64,000 bases of DNA from Ophelia neglecta (GCA_965285935.1 OZ260667.1:54188001-54252000); one strand, 5' to 3'; shown: positions 1 through 15,199, counted from the first letter of the stretch. Notes: a model not told the origin generated them from the letters alone. Translations and numbers: made by a program.

Positions 1-248
1 GATAACGTTCCTCCTTGATGGAGACCCTGGAGTACACAAAACCATTCTGAAAGTCCTCGTCCGACTCTTACGGCGCTGTAGAAATCTCTGTACCAGTGAC
101 GCAGCAAACGATAGGCCTTCCCCTTAACACCAAGGTTGAATAGTTTATAAAAAAGGCCCTCTGTCCATACTGTGTCGAAGGCTTTACGGCAATCCAGGAG
201 GGTCACGTAGACTACGTCGCCACTGGCCGCGTGTTCATGGATAGCAAT
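1..248 (-). mobile_element. Non-LTR retrotransposon RT fragment (RTE-X-like), running off the left edge
   Basis: Stop-free minus-strand frame reads VVYVTLLDCRKAFDTVWTEGLFYKLFNLGVKGKAYRLLRHWYRDFYSAVRVGRGLSEWFCVLQGLHQGGTL, with the LINE RT motifs D..KAFD and G..QG..L. Absent from the ORF track, presumably because it is cut by the window edge. Clade call is from motif recognition only. Confidence 0.85.
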
Positions 249-3200
249 GATAGCGGGATAGCAATTGACGGCTCGTGCTGAGATTGGACCAATTTGTATG
301 AATAAGACTCCCTATTTTATGCAATTTGTCAAATTCGCTGATCAATAGTGGGCAATTCATAGTCAACGGCAAGGAGTATGCGATAATCATACACGTTGGG
401 TTAACTTTTGTGTAGTTGTTGAAACTGGTTGAGTAAGGTTATTCCAGATGTCTAATAAAATAATCATAATAGTTGTAAGCAAGGTAACATATAAAAAGGT
501 CCATGTGCTTTCAATGCTTAAATATTTATAATTTTTACAATTTACTTCGTAAAAAAAGACGAAGTCTGTGGGCATGATTGTTATAAAATTTGGTCCTGAA
601 TTGTTCATGTTTTTTTTATATCAAATAAGATAATTCTCTTCCAATAAAAATAATTTTTATTAAGGGAATGTAAGTATTTATGATTAAATTCTATTGTAAA
701 CGTGAACAGCGTCGGGGAAAATATTTGCCAGAATGGCGAATATTGTATTATTGATCACATAATCATGCGCTTACAACTGTTGTGCGGACACCATTCTGTT
801 AGCACTTCAGCATGTTAGGCTGGGCGAGTTTACGGCTAGGAGCAGACGACTTTTCCTGCAAGCTTAAACGAAGGATTTATAGCAATTGGCCCAAGGAAAG
901 GCATCTGACACGATTGGTGTACATCTTACACGAGTACAGTTAGGCCCAAACAATGTCTTCATGCCATAAACACGTTTCTTTTGGTGTCTTCATCGTGATG
1001 TTTTTTAAAGTCATTTAGTAGTATGTTCAAATTAAATGCCGAACGTTTTCTACCAAAAATGTCTAGATAGTGAGTGGTATAAATCCCATACAATTCTAGT
1101 TTGGCCCAAACAATGTTTTGATACTGTCGGGTTCTCATCGCAAGAGCTTATCGCTTCATCCGGACGGAAAACAACTCCAGACCAACGCTCCATTAACTAG
1201 GACAGCTCTGGAGAAAGCTTGATGATGTGCACCGAGCACATAGCCATCGGTTTTGATAAAACAGATGACAACTTCATACAAGATATGAGCAACAACAATG
1301 CCGCAGGTCCCAAACTTATAAGTTGGCCAGCCACGACAATTTCTGGCAAAAGCAATCGGTTGCAAGAAAATGGAATGACAGTTGAGAGACAGACGCGATG
1401 ATAAACTTAAAAACAAGAGTCGAAGAACCGTTGTTGTACCAGAGATTTGACAGTTCGCATGTCACCATTACTGAATTAGGAATGTCACACAGGCAATTTT
1501 ATTGACGTAGTTTACCAATAGAACGTAATGTACCCGGAAGCTTTTGAACAAGGTTTATGGTGCTAACACACCTAGGTTTGTAAAGACATATTTTACATTA
1601 TTATTCTTAACTTCAAAATGCTCAACAACAATATGACCGGGTCTTGGAACACCATTTGTTATCCAATCAATAACATGATCAGGAGCACCTTGAGCAGGTT
1701 TGTCATACTCTAGGACTTTTTGTTAGCTGCCAGACGGCGGTTTTTAAACATGGCATATTACTATGTTAATAAATAAATAGAGGGGTTTGACCGACTTTGA
1801 AATGCTAATAGTACAGCAGGTGACTGGGAAAAAGTTGTGACCTACCAGACATGAAGTTACAACAAGTTCCCCAATGAACCGCTATGATCTCAGTACACTG
1901 GAACGGCTTAATGCAACTGCAATTTACAATGGCGAGCTGGGAAAATCGATTTTGAACACATTGGTGTCATTTTAAACATAAACAGCAAATATGAGCATTT
2001 TTTGTTTAAGACGGGGTAGGGTAAATGTAATGTTGTAACTCCATGTCCATTGGTCAATAAATACCTGATAAAACTTCAGCACTATAATGTCTTAGCAGTA
2101 ATCGCCGATAGAACTAAACAGCTTAACGGCGGAACAGACTATGCAGCCCCAATCTGTTGCATCTATACCGCCGGTAAGTAAATGAGGCCGCCTACAGCCT
2201 CGTTAAGAGGCAATGGATTCGAGAACCCACACTGACGATGTGAACATCATAAGAAAGCAAAGAGCTGCCCTCGAAAACACGTAAATTAACTTATGTCTGT
2301 CGTGAATGTAGAAACGTGAGACCAACGATCCCTCTTACACTGGCTCCACTTATTCCCATGGTACCATTTTCGTTCAGTTGGATACTCCCCTTTTATTATT
2401 CCTACCAAGCCGGTGTTTTGTCCTCCCGAAATACGGTTGAATACTGAAAAGTTACCATATATATGGATGCTAAGAGTGCCCTTGGCGCTCAGGTAGTTTT
2501 GCTGCCGATTTCGTGCAACAATTGGATAAGGCATTATTTCGCTACTCAAATCTTCACGTTTATTAATGGCGGTTGTGTATCCGACATCGCAATTCGTACA
2601 CAGTAAACTTTACTTACAACAACCTCGACACACTGATTAGACGTGAGATAAGATGATTAGGGTTTGAGTTAATAAAATAACATTATTGTCAGGTTATGAG
2701 CTGGTGTGCGTGTGTGTGTGTGTGTGGGGGGGGGGGGGGGGTAGTATACCGAGTAACGCTAGTTACTCATTTATGATACCGATGCTTAATGCTAAAGAAT
2801 CCGGAATTACCATATAACCGCATCAGCAGAAGTAAGTTAATCCAATAATATCGCAAGAATAAGATATCTGCCTCAGCTACCACAGTTGATATATAAATCT
2901 TATACAATTATTCGCGTTATCAGGAATGAGAAAAAGACATACAAAAACCTTAAACCTCTTCCGCAATAGATTACTTGCTAAACTATATGTATCATTTAGA
3001 TCACGCGTGCTAAAACATGAAGGGGCAGCTGGTGTTTTGCATTAGAATATGACAAGTAAAAGTTTTGTCACCAGTTAACCTATAACAAATACAAATTTGG
3101 TGAATGTCACAGGACAGGATATCAATTTAATGTGTCTTGTTTGCTTAAACCAATATCTCTGAAACAAAGCTTAGTCATACATACTTTGTTATATTTAAAA

Positions 3201-4518
3201 CACGTCTATGTTTGCGTTACTAGATATTTGCTCTCAAGTTAAATGCATGTAAATTTCGATGCATTCTGTGGAAATGAATGGTTTCTGGAATTTAAAATCA
3301 CTGATTATTGCCATAGCATAGTCTATTATACGCGCACTATTACTCATTAAATGAGTTTGGAGCGGATCATTTGATTGACCTGGAATGGGATGAAGAATCC
3401 GGTGGTAGAAAAAGTTTTCTCTACAGGAAGAATCACATAGAAATGGGAGAACACGATGCAGGGATGTGCTTAATTTAATTGCAGGCCCTTAGTTGAGTAG
3501 GGAAAGTAGGTTTGAAAAGAGGATGATTTGAATTGTGCTTTGATTGGAAGGAAACGTGGTTTTCTATTGGATGGTGGATAATTTGGATGGTTGATCAAAT
3601 TGATGAATGGAAAAATGGCGGGAAACGGGCCACTGATCTAGTTTGATGCGACCTTGTTGATCAATCAATCAAACCTTGGTTCATAACATTGGTCCACTAT
3701 TAGTTATTCGAATTATTAAGGAAGTAGGTCTTTATTGCCCACGAACACTGTGGCAATGCAAAGTTAGCCCCTGATAAATGAGCTTATGAGATCTTACCAT
3801 GCAGCACTAATAACAACCCCTTTAAAACTCTTTAAGCTTCATTCAATTACAAATCGATGGCAGCTTCTTTGCCCGGTTCGAAGTTAAGCAAAGCTATACC
3901 AGTATTCAACTGAAATGTCGAGTAAGGATCTCATCACAGATACCCGCCATGTCAAGGGCTTTGTGTTGACGTATGTTTTTTACCCTATGACCTAAGCCGA
4001 ACAAGCGTCACGACAGCATGCATGACTAATCAGCTGCTGAAAAAACCACACATTTTAAGTATTTCTACATGATTTGACCAGTAAGTAGTATTTCTTTCTT
4101 TACTTTGTCCCCGTAATGTTTGTTCCATCGAAGACCTTTTAATCCCATGTCCTGTGACATCTGTATGAGTAATCACCCAAAGCAAGAGCTACCCAGAGCG
4201 CATGACCGTTGAGGTATTTGCGAACATTCTTATCAACGCATTTGTATATAGGCATAGTTAGCTTCTTTGAACAGCCTAGAACAGAACAACGGTATTCGCC
4301 ACTGCAGGAGTAAAACACGTCTTTGGGTAGGTCTTTAAAATACTTATCGGTTTATTAACGTACCAAAATCTGTCTGTGATCTTATATTAGCATTGTAGTC
4401 AATTTCTGTGTCAATTAATAGGGCTTGTAATATTTAGTTACATCTTATTTCTTACTGATGACAGGCTTTGGTCACTATTGCTTAAGGAAATCGATAATAA
4501 AGATTTCAACTTGTAACG

Positions 4519-7500
4519 ATGGCAGGCTGTCAAGCATTATCGAAGATGGTACTTATAGTCCTTAACGCCATATTAGCGGTGAGTGTTTGATGTCTTTGTT
4601 GATTCCCGTAATTTCGATGATAAAAATATTATTTGATCATTTTTAGATGAATTTTGTTATCTTGATGCATTTGGTTAAGGTCTCGTCATCCATCTCACAT
4701 ATATTAGCGCAACAATAATAACGACTAGCGCAGTAATTTATCCTTTATCTAGTATTGTATTATTCCGATTTCAAACAAATGTCAGCAAGGTACAGTGCTT
4801 GTAGATACATGTACTATGGTGACCACAGGCAATGACTGAAAAAGAAACACAATATGTGAATACTAAACAATAAAACTATGTCATGGGGGGGGGGGGGGTG
4901 AGAAGCATGGAAGTATTGCCCCTCCCTCCTCTGCCCTGCTAGGTAAAATTTACTATAAAATCGGGAGATTACCTCCAAAAATAAATATACAGAATTTTAT
5001 AATATAAAGAAAAACCAATATAGTTCGTATATGAAAAAACACAAAGAAGAAGGGAACGTCTGATTAATAGTAAACAAGGCAAATAAGGAATCCAGTGCTG
5101 ACCGTATCTTTTGCGAGAAGTATTTATACTTAATTGATTTATCGGTTATGCTGAATACTTAACTGAAAATAATAAACAACTATTGGTTTTAACAGAAGGC
5201 AATATCATCTTTGATCATACAAGTAGCACTGACACCGATCGATACTTGTTCAGTAACCATAGCAACGCCAGTTTTAAAAATTGCATTGGCTTTGACAATC
5301 TTCCAATGAAAAGCATTAGCAGTGCTTGTAGTGACATTGACATATATGACATCCCAGCTTTATTTAAATATTTAATAATATTCAATATTTCTACTTTTAA
5401 ATAACCGTAAAATTGTCAATTGATATACACATCTTTATGATGTCCTACACGCCACTTTATTTCAGGGTACAACAACTTCCCTATCGCATGTATGCATTAA
5501 CAGTAGGTTAAAAACTGCTTATTTGTTTTTGTTGGAAAACCCTATGGGGAATACCGGACATTTATACGGGGGAATTGCTATTTTAATATTTAGGTGTGTC
5601 GAAGTTGATATGAATGATTAAACTAAAAGCATTTGCATGAAAACTGATGTGCGCGTTTAATGTTCTGCCTTCAACCTTCGGGTTCTGCACAAGGAAAGCG
5701 CACACGGATCAGAAAGTAATATTTTTTAGTATGTCTAATATGAGTTTTCTTATTTATTCTGTTTTATCTGACTTAGTTGTTGGGTGTGGCTATCCTAGCT
5801 GTTGGAGCTGTTTGTTTATTTGTCTATAATAAGGCGCTCTTGCTCGTGTCACAAGTTGAATACATCCAAAAGATTCTGGAAATGCTGTCGTCAAGCGGAG
5901 GCATTGACCTGATTAAAAACAGCGCCATGATCCTGTTAGGTGTAGGTAAGTGGTAACACTATTTGCTCGTTATATATCATAGATTTGTTATTAAATGTAC
6001 AATATCAATGTTGTCGTGGTTCAATGGTGTGCACCACGAATCGTCTGTTTCAATCGTCCTTTAGTTTACTATTGTATTTCTCAAAAGTTCATTTGTGTGC
6101 ATGATTTGCAAAGAGCCTCCATTTTGATTTTTTGACCAATGATTGTGCATTGTTTGCCCGATATCGACCTATTTCTGATATTATCATTAAATGCTTGAAT
6201 TCAAATTTTTTATGCTTTCTACCAATACAATAGTTATGGTATAATGATCCCCTGACCAGCGAAACTAGGGTCAAAGATCATTATTTGTTTATCTGTCATA
6301 ATTTGAATATAATTTGAAGTCTGTTCCTCTTGGACATATATTTGATACTGACCAGATGTCTTCATATGCAGCAATCAACCTATAATTGTATTAGTTCAGG
6401 TGCAGTTAATAAATAATGATATTCCGAATATATGTATCGTCTAAATTAGGCTCTATAATTACTATTCGCCAGATAAATTCCTTAATCTATATCAATTACG
6501 TGGAATACATTTATCATTAATATTTTTTTGCCAGGAATATTCTTGCTGATACTTGCCCTGCTTGGACTATGTGGAGCAAAGAGGTCTCAGAAATGTTTGT
6601 TGAGTATGGTGAGGTGAATTTATATTTAATATTATACTTAATGTTATCCATCTACTATTGTAATGTTATGGTTAACCACTATTTTAGTGTAATGGTTAAC
6701 TACTATTTTTATGTTTAACTATTATTGTAATGTAATGGTTACTTTCTCTCTTAGCGCAATGGTTAACGCAAATAATCAGCTTAAATTTAGTTTCTCTTGA
6801 AAAACTAAACTAAGTATAAAAATCACCTTTTTTTCTTCCAACTAGTAATATATTTGGTAACAGTTATACGTATCAATATATACAACTAATTATATTACAC
6901 CATAGAGCGTAAGGTTTTATATTACTGCAAAGCATAGAAATGTTATATTCAAAAAAAGATGGACAAGAAAGAAGATCATCACAATAAGCTTTTTAGAGAA
7001 TCAGGTGTCGGGCTAGTAGGTTTTATTGCACAGTGAATGTTTATGGTACTTTCGAAATTATTTCAAGTATTATTTCATTTATTTTGCTTCTTATAATCAT
7101 ATATTAAAAAAGTGTCACTTCGGATATTAATTAGATATGACTGTTTGATTTGGTTCAATAGTTCACCATTCTTTTGGGACTGATCTTTGCGGCACAAATA
7201 GGTTTAATTATCTATGCTAAGGTGGACAGTCACACGGTAAGATACCAATATATATATTTAATAATTTCTGTATTTAAAGTGTACATAATGCTTAATATAA
7301 CTACTTGGCACAATTTAATAATTTACGCTTTCAACAAAGTACATTAGTTCATATGGCCAACACGAGGCAAGCCAATACTTTGTTCATTATCTTTTTTTGT
7401 AATTACAACCACTTTACTTTAAACTTTGTGTAGTCAATAAGTTTCGAAATAAGAATATGATCTTGGTATTAATACATGGCCAGTGTAACAACTGCTCATG

Positions 7501-10500
7501 GCATTCTACAACTGGGCGTGTTCATATAATCAATATTCATTTTATTTGAGCTTTAAATTTCTCATATCTTCCGTATCAACGCATACTTAGCCAAGGTTAG
7601 TAGTATATAAGAATATCAGGATTCATTACCTAGATACGTAAGCGAGGTAGACCAACAACAGAAGCCCATCATTCATTTATTCGTTCTAATTTCTCCTATC
7701 TTCTCAGCTTCAGTCGAAAATATCCGAACACCTCATTGAGACCATACCAAAATATAAAAAGGAAGGTAATTAGTCATACAATATTTACTTGCATTTAGCT
7801 GCTAGTTGGAAAGCAAAAGGGGTAGAATAAGTAATATATTTTTATGCCGATTTTTTTAAAGGTTTCTATGGATATTTGCTGGATGTACGGGGGTGGGGGG
7901 GGGGGGTATCAACATTATCTGCGGTATATCCACATCTAATAGAAGTTGGTGTCTAAATTATTGACCCAGGGAAATTAAAATAAGGTTTTTCATAATCATG
8001 GATACATATGCCACAAAATATTCACTTGTCGAGAGTCAAAATACGGCCAATGACTCTTCTTTAGACTGTATATATGTAGCTTCTAGTTACATTTTGTTTT
8101 ACCTCCTACACAGTAAAGGCCTGCAACGGCTTTGAATGTTCTAATCCGCTCATCCATAGGTAAGGGGCCATGTGTAACGTATATTAGAGATGCCCGTGTT
8201 AAGCGTGACTGTTTCCCTTAAAATATTTTACATTTATAGCACTATAAAGTAGACTTAATACCTTTTTCCTCTTTAATGGGCAAGGACCTTTTATTCTTCC
8301 TCTTCTTCCTCTTGGCTTGTATTGTTTGGAGTCACGGTGTTCGGCAATGCCTTGTCGGCGCTGGGGGATAAAAAGAGAATACTATTTTACTTGCTCCAGT
8401 CGCCTGCTGCTCCCTGGGAGCGGCTTGGCCAGAAATACTGCGCGCGCAGCGTCGGGTGCTGGAGCCCATATTTTGAGACAATTTCGTCCCCAGTCTCTAT
8501 CTTTTGCAAGAGACTAGACCATCATTAACTCTTATTTTGAGTTCTGACCTGCATCGTATAAAACTGGTGACAACTTAGCAATGCAAGTGATATCATTTTT
8601 GCGTTTTCATAATTTAAAGTATGAATTACAAGCTTTTACCTGTTTAGGAGCTTAAGACCTATTTATTTATGTGTGTTCGGCTATGGATGACGGTTCCTGA
8701 TGTTATCGGAACCGATTTTATGGACCAATGATTGGGTTTTGTCTGCCGGGTTTCAATTCCCGCTTTGTACTTTGTATTAAATGTTATTTTTATGCAGGCT
8801 TACAGTACGAAAACGGCTCTCTAGTCATAGCTGATCAAAACACCAAACTGGTTCAATTTGCCTGGGATTATATGCAAATTGCCGTACGTACCAATTTCTC
8901 CTTGCTATGTTAGAATCATGTCATGAAATATCAATTTACTAAAATAACTGATATTTTGTGATTTTTTTGTGTAATGCTTATGCTCTCATATTACTTATTA
9001 CAGAAGCGCTGAAAGCTGTACTCAAAAATAGAATATATAGCCCCTATATTTATCTTGCCCGTATTATTGTTGTTTTCCAGGCCAAATGTTGTGGGGCGGA
9101 TGGCATCAGGGATTGGAAACGCACTTTCATCAATTATCTCCCGTCCAGCAGTGCGCCTTCAAAATCACTGGTAAATGAACAGGTTCCAGCGTGTTATCCA
9201 TTGTTTGATGTATTGGTCGGCATTTCGTATAGAGAACCCTGACACAATGGTCACTATAATAAATATCTGGTCCAACTGGCTTATAATGGAGCAGTTAATA
9301 TTCGTGTTTAAGTGTGGTGCCAAAACAAATATTAATGCAAAACGATTTTTCCTACCTATATGGTACATAATGGATGTATTTGGTTTTTATAAACCAGAGA
9401 TAAACCTATGACATGTACCATAATATCAACTACCAAGTTGAATTCGACCTTTGGACTATATCAGTAAAAGCTTTGCATGTTTCACATAGTTTCATATTTC
9501 CAGTTTCCCATTTCGTGCTGTAAGGTGGACGATCCAAGCAAATATCCAGCCCACTTTCAAACTATTGTGTTCAAAAATGCAACAGATTGTTTGGAAACTG
9601 AATCCAAAACATTTACCAATACAGAGGTATTGATCTCTGACAAGGCGAAGTATAATATATATATATTTAGGCGGGGAGGGGGGGCGTATTCCTTTCATTA
9701 GAAATGTGCAATTACGTTTCATGTAACCGGACACTTCTTAAATTCTTCAATATTTCGTACTTTCCGATGCTAACTACACTTAGGAAGAAAGGACTTAAAA
9801 AGCAATGACTTCATGAAATTACAAGTGCATTGTTTTGAAATATTATTGTTGACCTGCCTTTTAAGGAAAAGGACCTGCGATGTCAAATAATTTGCTCGAA
9901 GTTTCCTTATCCTTATAATCTTTTAAAACGACAGGTTAAACCCTTACAAAATTTACTCATCCTGTAAGAATATGTATGACCGTTTGCGAGGGAGATGATT
10001 AGGTTGCTAAAAAATAAACATGAAGGCTCTGCCAATAAAATTATATTGCAGCTGAACAATGAATTAAACAAGCTAAAAATGGTGCGTCTATTGTTTGGAA
10101 ATTGGCTGATTCTGCTTTTGAAATAACCTTGATCCTGAAAAGGACTTTGGATTTGAAAGTCTCTCTTATTTACTTACTTCAGTATTGCCTTTTTTTGCTG
10201 GCACTGTTTAAGTATTTCCTCAATTACCTGGCCCTGTATGGTTAATCGGGCTGTTTAGGACCTGCAAACTGGCACTTTTAACCAAGGTGGGATTTGTCTA
10301 TGATAGACGACACTAATGGGTTTCCCTCTAGTTTGCTTTGTATCGGAAACCCATTAGTGTCGTCTATCATTGACAAATCATTGATAAAAATTACAATTTT
10401 ATTAAATTTCATTTTAAAATTGTCCAATTAAACCAGAACAAGGGCAGGGATGACCCAAGATAAGTAGTCCGCCCCATAACCCCGATCTATTGTAATAAAT

Positions 10501-11172
10501 TTCAACTGTTCTGGGCTCTTTTCGGGAAGCGGACTAAGCTTCAGGATTAGCTTAGGCTATTACAGATAAGACGAAACCATTTAATGACCAAATCCAGCTT
10601 CCAGAAACGCCGCATAGCACCGATTAAGCACTTTAATCCTGATTTTAATCTGAATTTAAGAGTTAAGAACGCTTCCGGAAAACCTGGTATATATATGCAA
10701 GTTTGTTTGAAGACATTAGCAGTGTACGGGCTGGTTTTGAATATGTTCTTTTAAACAGTCTATGACATTGATAGTTTCCCTATTATATTCTAATAGCGTG
10801 CTTCATATGACCATATGTTATTTCATTTCGGCTTTGACCTAGGGCTGTGTTTCGGCAGTCTTTAACGAAATCTGGAAGTTCGGAACGACGACAATTGCAT
10901 GCATAGGTGGAATTTTAGGACTACAGGTAGACAAATTTGAAAAGCAGTTAAATGATACTTGAAATTTCGTGTTTAAAAGGTGGCAGTTACATAGGTAAAG
11001 ACTTGATTTTTTTAAATAATTATATCCTACATTTGTATCGTTTCTATTCTGTGCTTTGTAACACTGGAGCCAGGCGGTGCCTAACTTACAACTTCACTTG
11101 TTCTTTCAGTTCCTTGAGCTACTCTGCGCCATATGCCTCATATGCGGCAGAGATGAAAACAAACCAGTGTAA
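4519..11172 (+). CDS. Tetraspanin paralogue 1 (10 coding exons, 293 aa)
   Basis: Exons 4519-4578, 5777-5945, 6535-6608, 7162-7236, 7708-7765, 8798-8883, 9081-9170, 9504-9626, 10843-10926, 11110-11172. All introns GT-AG and the frame stays open. Four hydrophobic segments; EC2 has AWDYMQ, KCCG, PISCC, one further C and GC before TM4; ends CLICGRDENKPV*. Confidence 0.93.
10291..10379. repeat. Near-perfect 89-nt hairpin in intron 8 of tetraspanin 1
   Basis: Arms 10291-10325 and 10345-10379 are reverse complements at 34/35 positions, with a 19-nt loop. Confidence 0.9.
10513..10687. mobile_element. Degenerate MITE (PIF/Harbinger-like), same family as 20534-20732
   Basis: Imperfect TIRs (TTTTCGGGAAGCG ... 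CGCTTCCGGAAAA). Shares the internal blocks CAGCTTCCAGAAA and ATTAAGCACTTTAATCCTGATTTTAAT with the copy at 20534. Confidence 0.6.
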
Positions 11173-12809
11173 ACGCTGATTCATCATGGTCACCTTGGTC
11201 AATTTGACCTGCTAATTGTTCTAGTTCTACAGCCAATAGCCAAAATGACATGCAGTTTGAAGACGCAAGCAGTAATTGCACTGAAATATATATTTAATAT
11301 CGTAAAATTGCCTAAAACTTATAATTTCGAAAATTAAATTGATCCAATTATAATCACAATAACACTAACAAAACAATTGCTCGTGGAGATATTAGCTTGC
11401 ATATTTTAGTCGATTTGCAAAGTGTTTGTACAAGTATTCCATTTTATTATAGTACTTTATTCTTTAAATCAGACTTTATATATCAGTCAGGCCCATGTCT
11501 TCTAATTCTTTCATTTATTGATAACAATAAATTAACCCTCGTTCCATTGCCACATTGTTCGCCTACATTCATTTAGTTGATTCAAATTTTATAGCTTCCA
11601 AATCGTTGTAAACTTATCCAAAATACAAATGAATAATAAATAGGATTAAATTTGTATCCAATATGAGCCCAAATTTTTGTCGAACGCGACTTTTATCGCG
11701 CAGTGCTACGAGAAACCTACGAGACACAAGCATACTTCAAAATAAAACAGAGTTTTGCACCATTAAATTGTAAATATCGTATTTTTTTTATAAAAATAGC
11801 ACTAGAGTATTATGCTATCTTTAGTTATAATACATTGATATATAAGTATAGGTTTTTTTACATTGGGCCTTTACGTACACAAGAGTGTATGTGTTGGGAT
11901 GTCTTATGATAAAACAATTGCTACCGCCAGAGGCCATGACGACTATCTATTATGTTTGAGGCATTAGTCGTGGCACAGCCGAGTTCTCGAATAAGACATA
12001 GTCAGAAATATCAAATAAAGCTATATTTACGAGCTGCAGTAAAACCCACTTACACAAGTATCCCAGAAGTACTTTTATACTTATTGACCGTAAATATAAT
12101 ATTTGTCATACATAGTTTCAATTATATTGACCAAAATGTTAATCCCCGTGAAACAAGAATTGATAAATCGGTAGCTAGCTCTATTAGAATGTCACTTTGT
12201 GTACATGTCCCGTATATCTTTCTATCATTATCTATTTGGAAGTTGATAATGCTAGAATCGGAAGAGCCCTAGAAAAAACAGCGTTATCGTGACTGGAAGG
12301 CTGCCATATGGTGCAGCTTATCACTATTGCCGCTTATGGAGCCTATACTTTTGTGGCTAGCTCTAGTTGAAGCTGCTGGATCTACTTAGCGGATAAGTCC
12401 ATTACATGAATCACATAGGGTGGACCATTTATTAAAACACAAGAAATGAAGATGATGGGACTAATAAATTGATTTGTACTCATTCTGAAGGGATCCTTAT
12501 TCATTCTTGCATGTAACTAGCAATAAATGTAGGAATTTGTTAAGTTCAATAACCAAATCAGCTAGCACGGCTGGATTTTGCTGCCGAATGGGTACCATCC
12601 CCCTTATCTTGAGTGGTGACATTCTAGTGTTTGGAGGCTTATAGCACACTTCTAAAATTCACAACCAGCAGACGCCGCACTCGGTGAGTATAAATATATA
12701 TTCTTTAAGCTTGTGTATTCTAGGCAGTCACTAGGCAGTCTTAGAACATTGAGGGTGCGCATGGCTATTTTGATTATTAGGGGTAATAAGACCCAGGGCA
12801 AGAAATATA

Positions 12810-13064
12810 CCAATATAGTGGAAGCGGCGGGCGTTTTAATAAACCAGGATTTCGAGACAGTATCTCATATATACTAGAATTTCTAGACCGTCTTATTTAT
12901 AATGCTATAATCTGAAGGTCGGGGAGTCCCGGGTTTACATGATATTAATCTGGTATTCCTGACATGATAAATGTATTTTATTATTCATGTGTATAATCTG
13001 TATTAATTGATACAGTCCTGTAAGTGTCATTAGTCAAATGAAATAAAGCTGAATCTGAATCTGA
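12810..13064 (+). mobile_element. Probable 3' end remnant of a non-LTR retroelement
   Basis: Ends in AAATAAAGCTGAATCTGAATCTGA, i.e. AATAAA followed by a short tandem-repeat tail typical of LINE 3' ends. The 5' boundary is uncertain. Confidence 0.4.
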
Positions 13065-15199
13065 TGTCGTATGTTGAAGATGGATAAGGCGCCAAAACAA
13101 TCGGGTCCAAAAGTTATTCTTAGACTAGCCTTTCACTAAGATGTCGTGCTACATACATGTAGCGGGCCGCGATATTTCGTTACTTCCTGTGTAGTCCCAA
13201 TGGATCATTTCCGGTTCAGCGGTTCAAATGGTCTAGGCCTACACATCCCGGTATATCACATTTACATAATGTTAATAGTACTTGGCCCTATTTGCTCAGA
13301 ATAAACTCATCTTCTGCACTTTTGTTTAATGTGTCTATTAATCATTTCCATTTGGGATTATCTGCCGCGATCAGATAAATATGGCAGTGTTTTAACAGGC
13401 AACAGATAAACTCGCCATTTGACAGAAATATGTCATTATTTTTGAGACCATAGAGCACACTATTCCTGACAATTAAGAGCATTTTAGTGAATAGTGAAAA
13501 GTTTTGAATAATAGCTTATGCTTTTCCCTCCATGTATATAATTTATAGAGAAGTAATTATATCAATTTCAATGAAAGCAGCTATTAGGAACGAACTTGCA
13601 TGAGACCGACAATTGTCCTCGCTCTCATGAATGAGGAAATAAAGAAACTTAAGAAGAAAGTCCGATGTTAAGTAAATGTCAACAGTCTGAGACATCTAAT
13701 ACATTGAATGTTGTATCAACTTGACTTCTGGTCTTTCCTTGTGTACAGTTTTAAATGGTCGTGGCTGATATACTGTTGATACATATACACTTTAGAGCTT
13801 GGCTGTTGATCAAACGCGGAGGTGCCAACCCATCGTTGAGGCAGAACCTGTGGTTTGAGGGCAGCCAGCTAAATAGCTGATTTTTTTATAGGACGGCAAA
13901 CTTAGACACTGTAAACCACCAACCCTATTGTGGCAGCGTTTAATTCCTAGGCACATGTATTTTATCTCGAACAGAATCGTAAAGCCACGTCATTTGGCCG
14001 CTGTGTTACTAAGCCGCGAGCCATCATCACCTCATCACAGCAGGTTTTTATAGTAAAAATGCTATGGTAGGTGTATGGGTGGGTAACATAAAAAGTCAAC
14101 TTAACATGCAACAAAGGGCCGCTTCCCTTCGAGCAAGCCTCCCATCTTCAATGGATACCGAGCCCGTGTTCCAGTATAAAGTAAATATACTCATACATGT
14201 AGTCTCCAAGTGCAGATACTTATATGTGATTCGGCAAATTAAAGGATAAAACGTTATAGATTAAATGAATAGAAGGAACAATACCGAAGCATTTGTTTAT
14301 ATTCCACCTCATTATGTGTTCTCTACCATAATTTTATTATCTATAGATCTTAACACATATTTGAATTCCACCTCACCGAGACTTCTGCTCCTCCGCGTCT
14401 GATCATAAGCCATACGTCTTAGAACAAGAAACTCTGTACGCCTGCCTCAACTGCTAAGATATGAACAAGAAGAACTTTGCCCAGTCTAAGGTGTCACGCT
14501 TTATAAAATTTGTGTTTGCTGACCGTAAATATTCAGGGTCACCCTTTGGTCTACACCGTTGAGCTCTGCATGGTAATTTGCACTCTGAATGTACATAAAC
14601 CAACGTAATTCAGAAACACTTCAATGAGGGCTTCTTCGAGTGTGAAATTAGCATGTTAACGTGTTGTACATTAATAATACCAAATCAGCTGAGCAGGCCA
14701 TATGCGTTTTACATGGTAAAGCTGCTATTGACGCAATATGTACATTACCTTCATTCCTTATGAATGTTTTAGCAGGATATTACGCCTTTTCCAATGGGAA
14801 ACTAACAACAACGCTACCAGTTGCATACCTAATATATAATTAGACCTTAGTGATTTGAAAGTCCTGCACGTTATTTGAGAAAAGGTACGTTTTATTGTCA
14901 TAGGTAATATTTACATTTGAATATTTTATGCTAGGAAACGACGTGCATATACTCGCACAAATTTCTCAATATTTCCTTGTAACATTCATGCATTCTTTAA
15001 ACCAACAAAGATAGTCAAGGTTCTGGGGGGGGGGGGGGGGGCTATATTTTAAAGGCCGGGAACGGAAATAAAACAGGGTTGAAATGGAACAAATATATCC
15101 GGACAAACTGATTTATAATGTAAAACCAATTTGTTTAATTATTATTTTGCTTTTAGCTTCCACATTCTTGAAATAGACAGACATCTTGATATAGTAACA

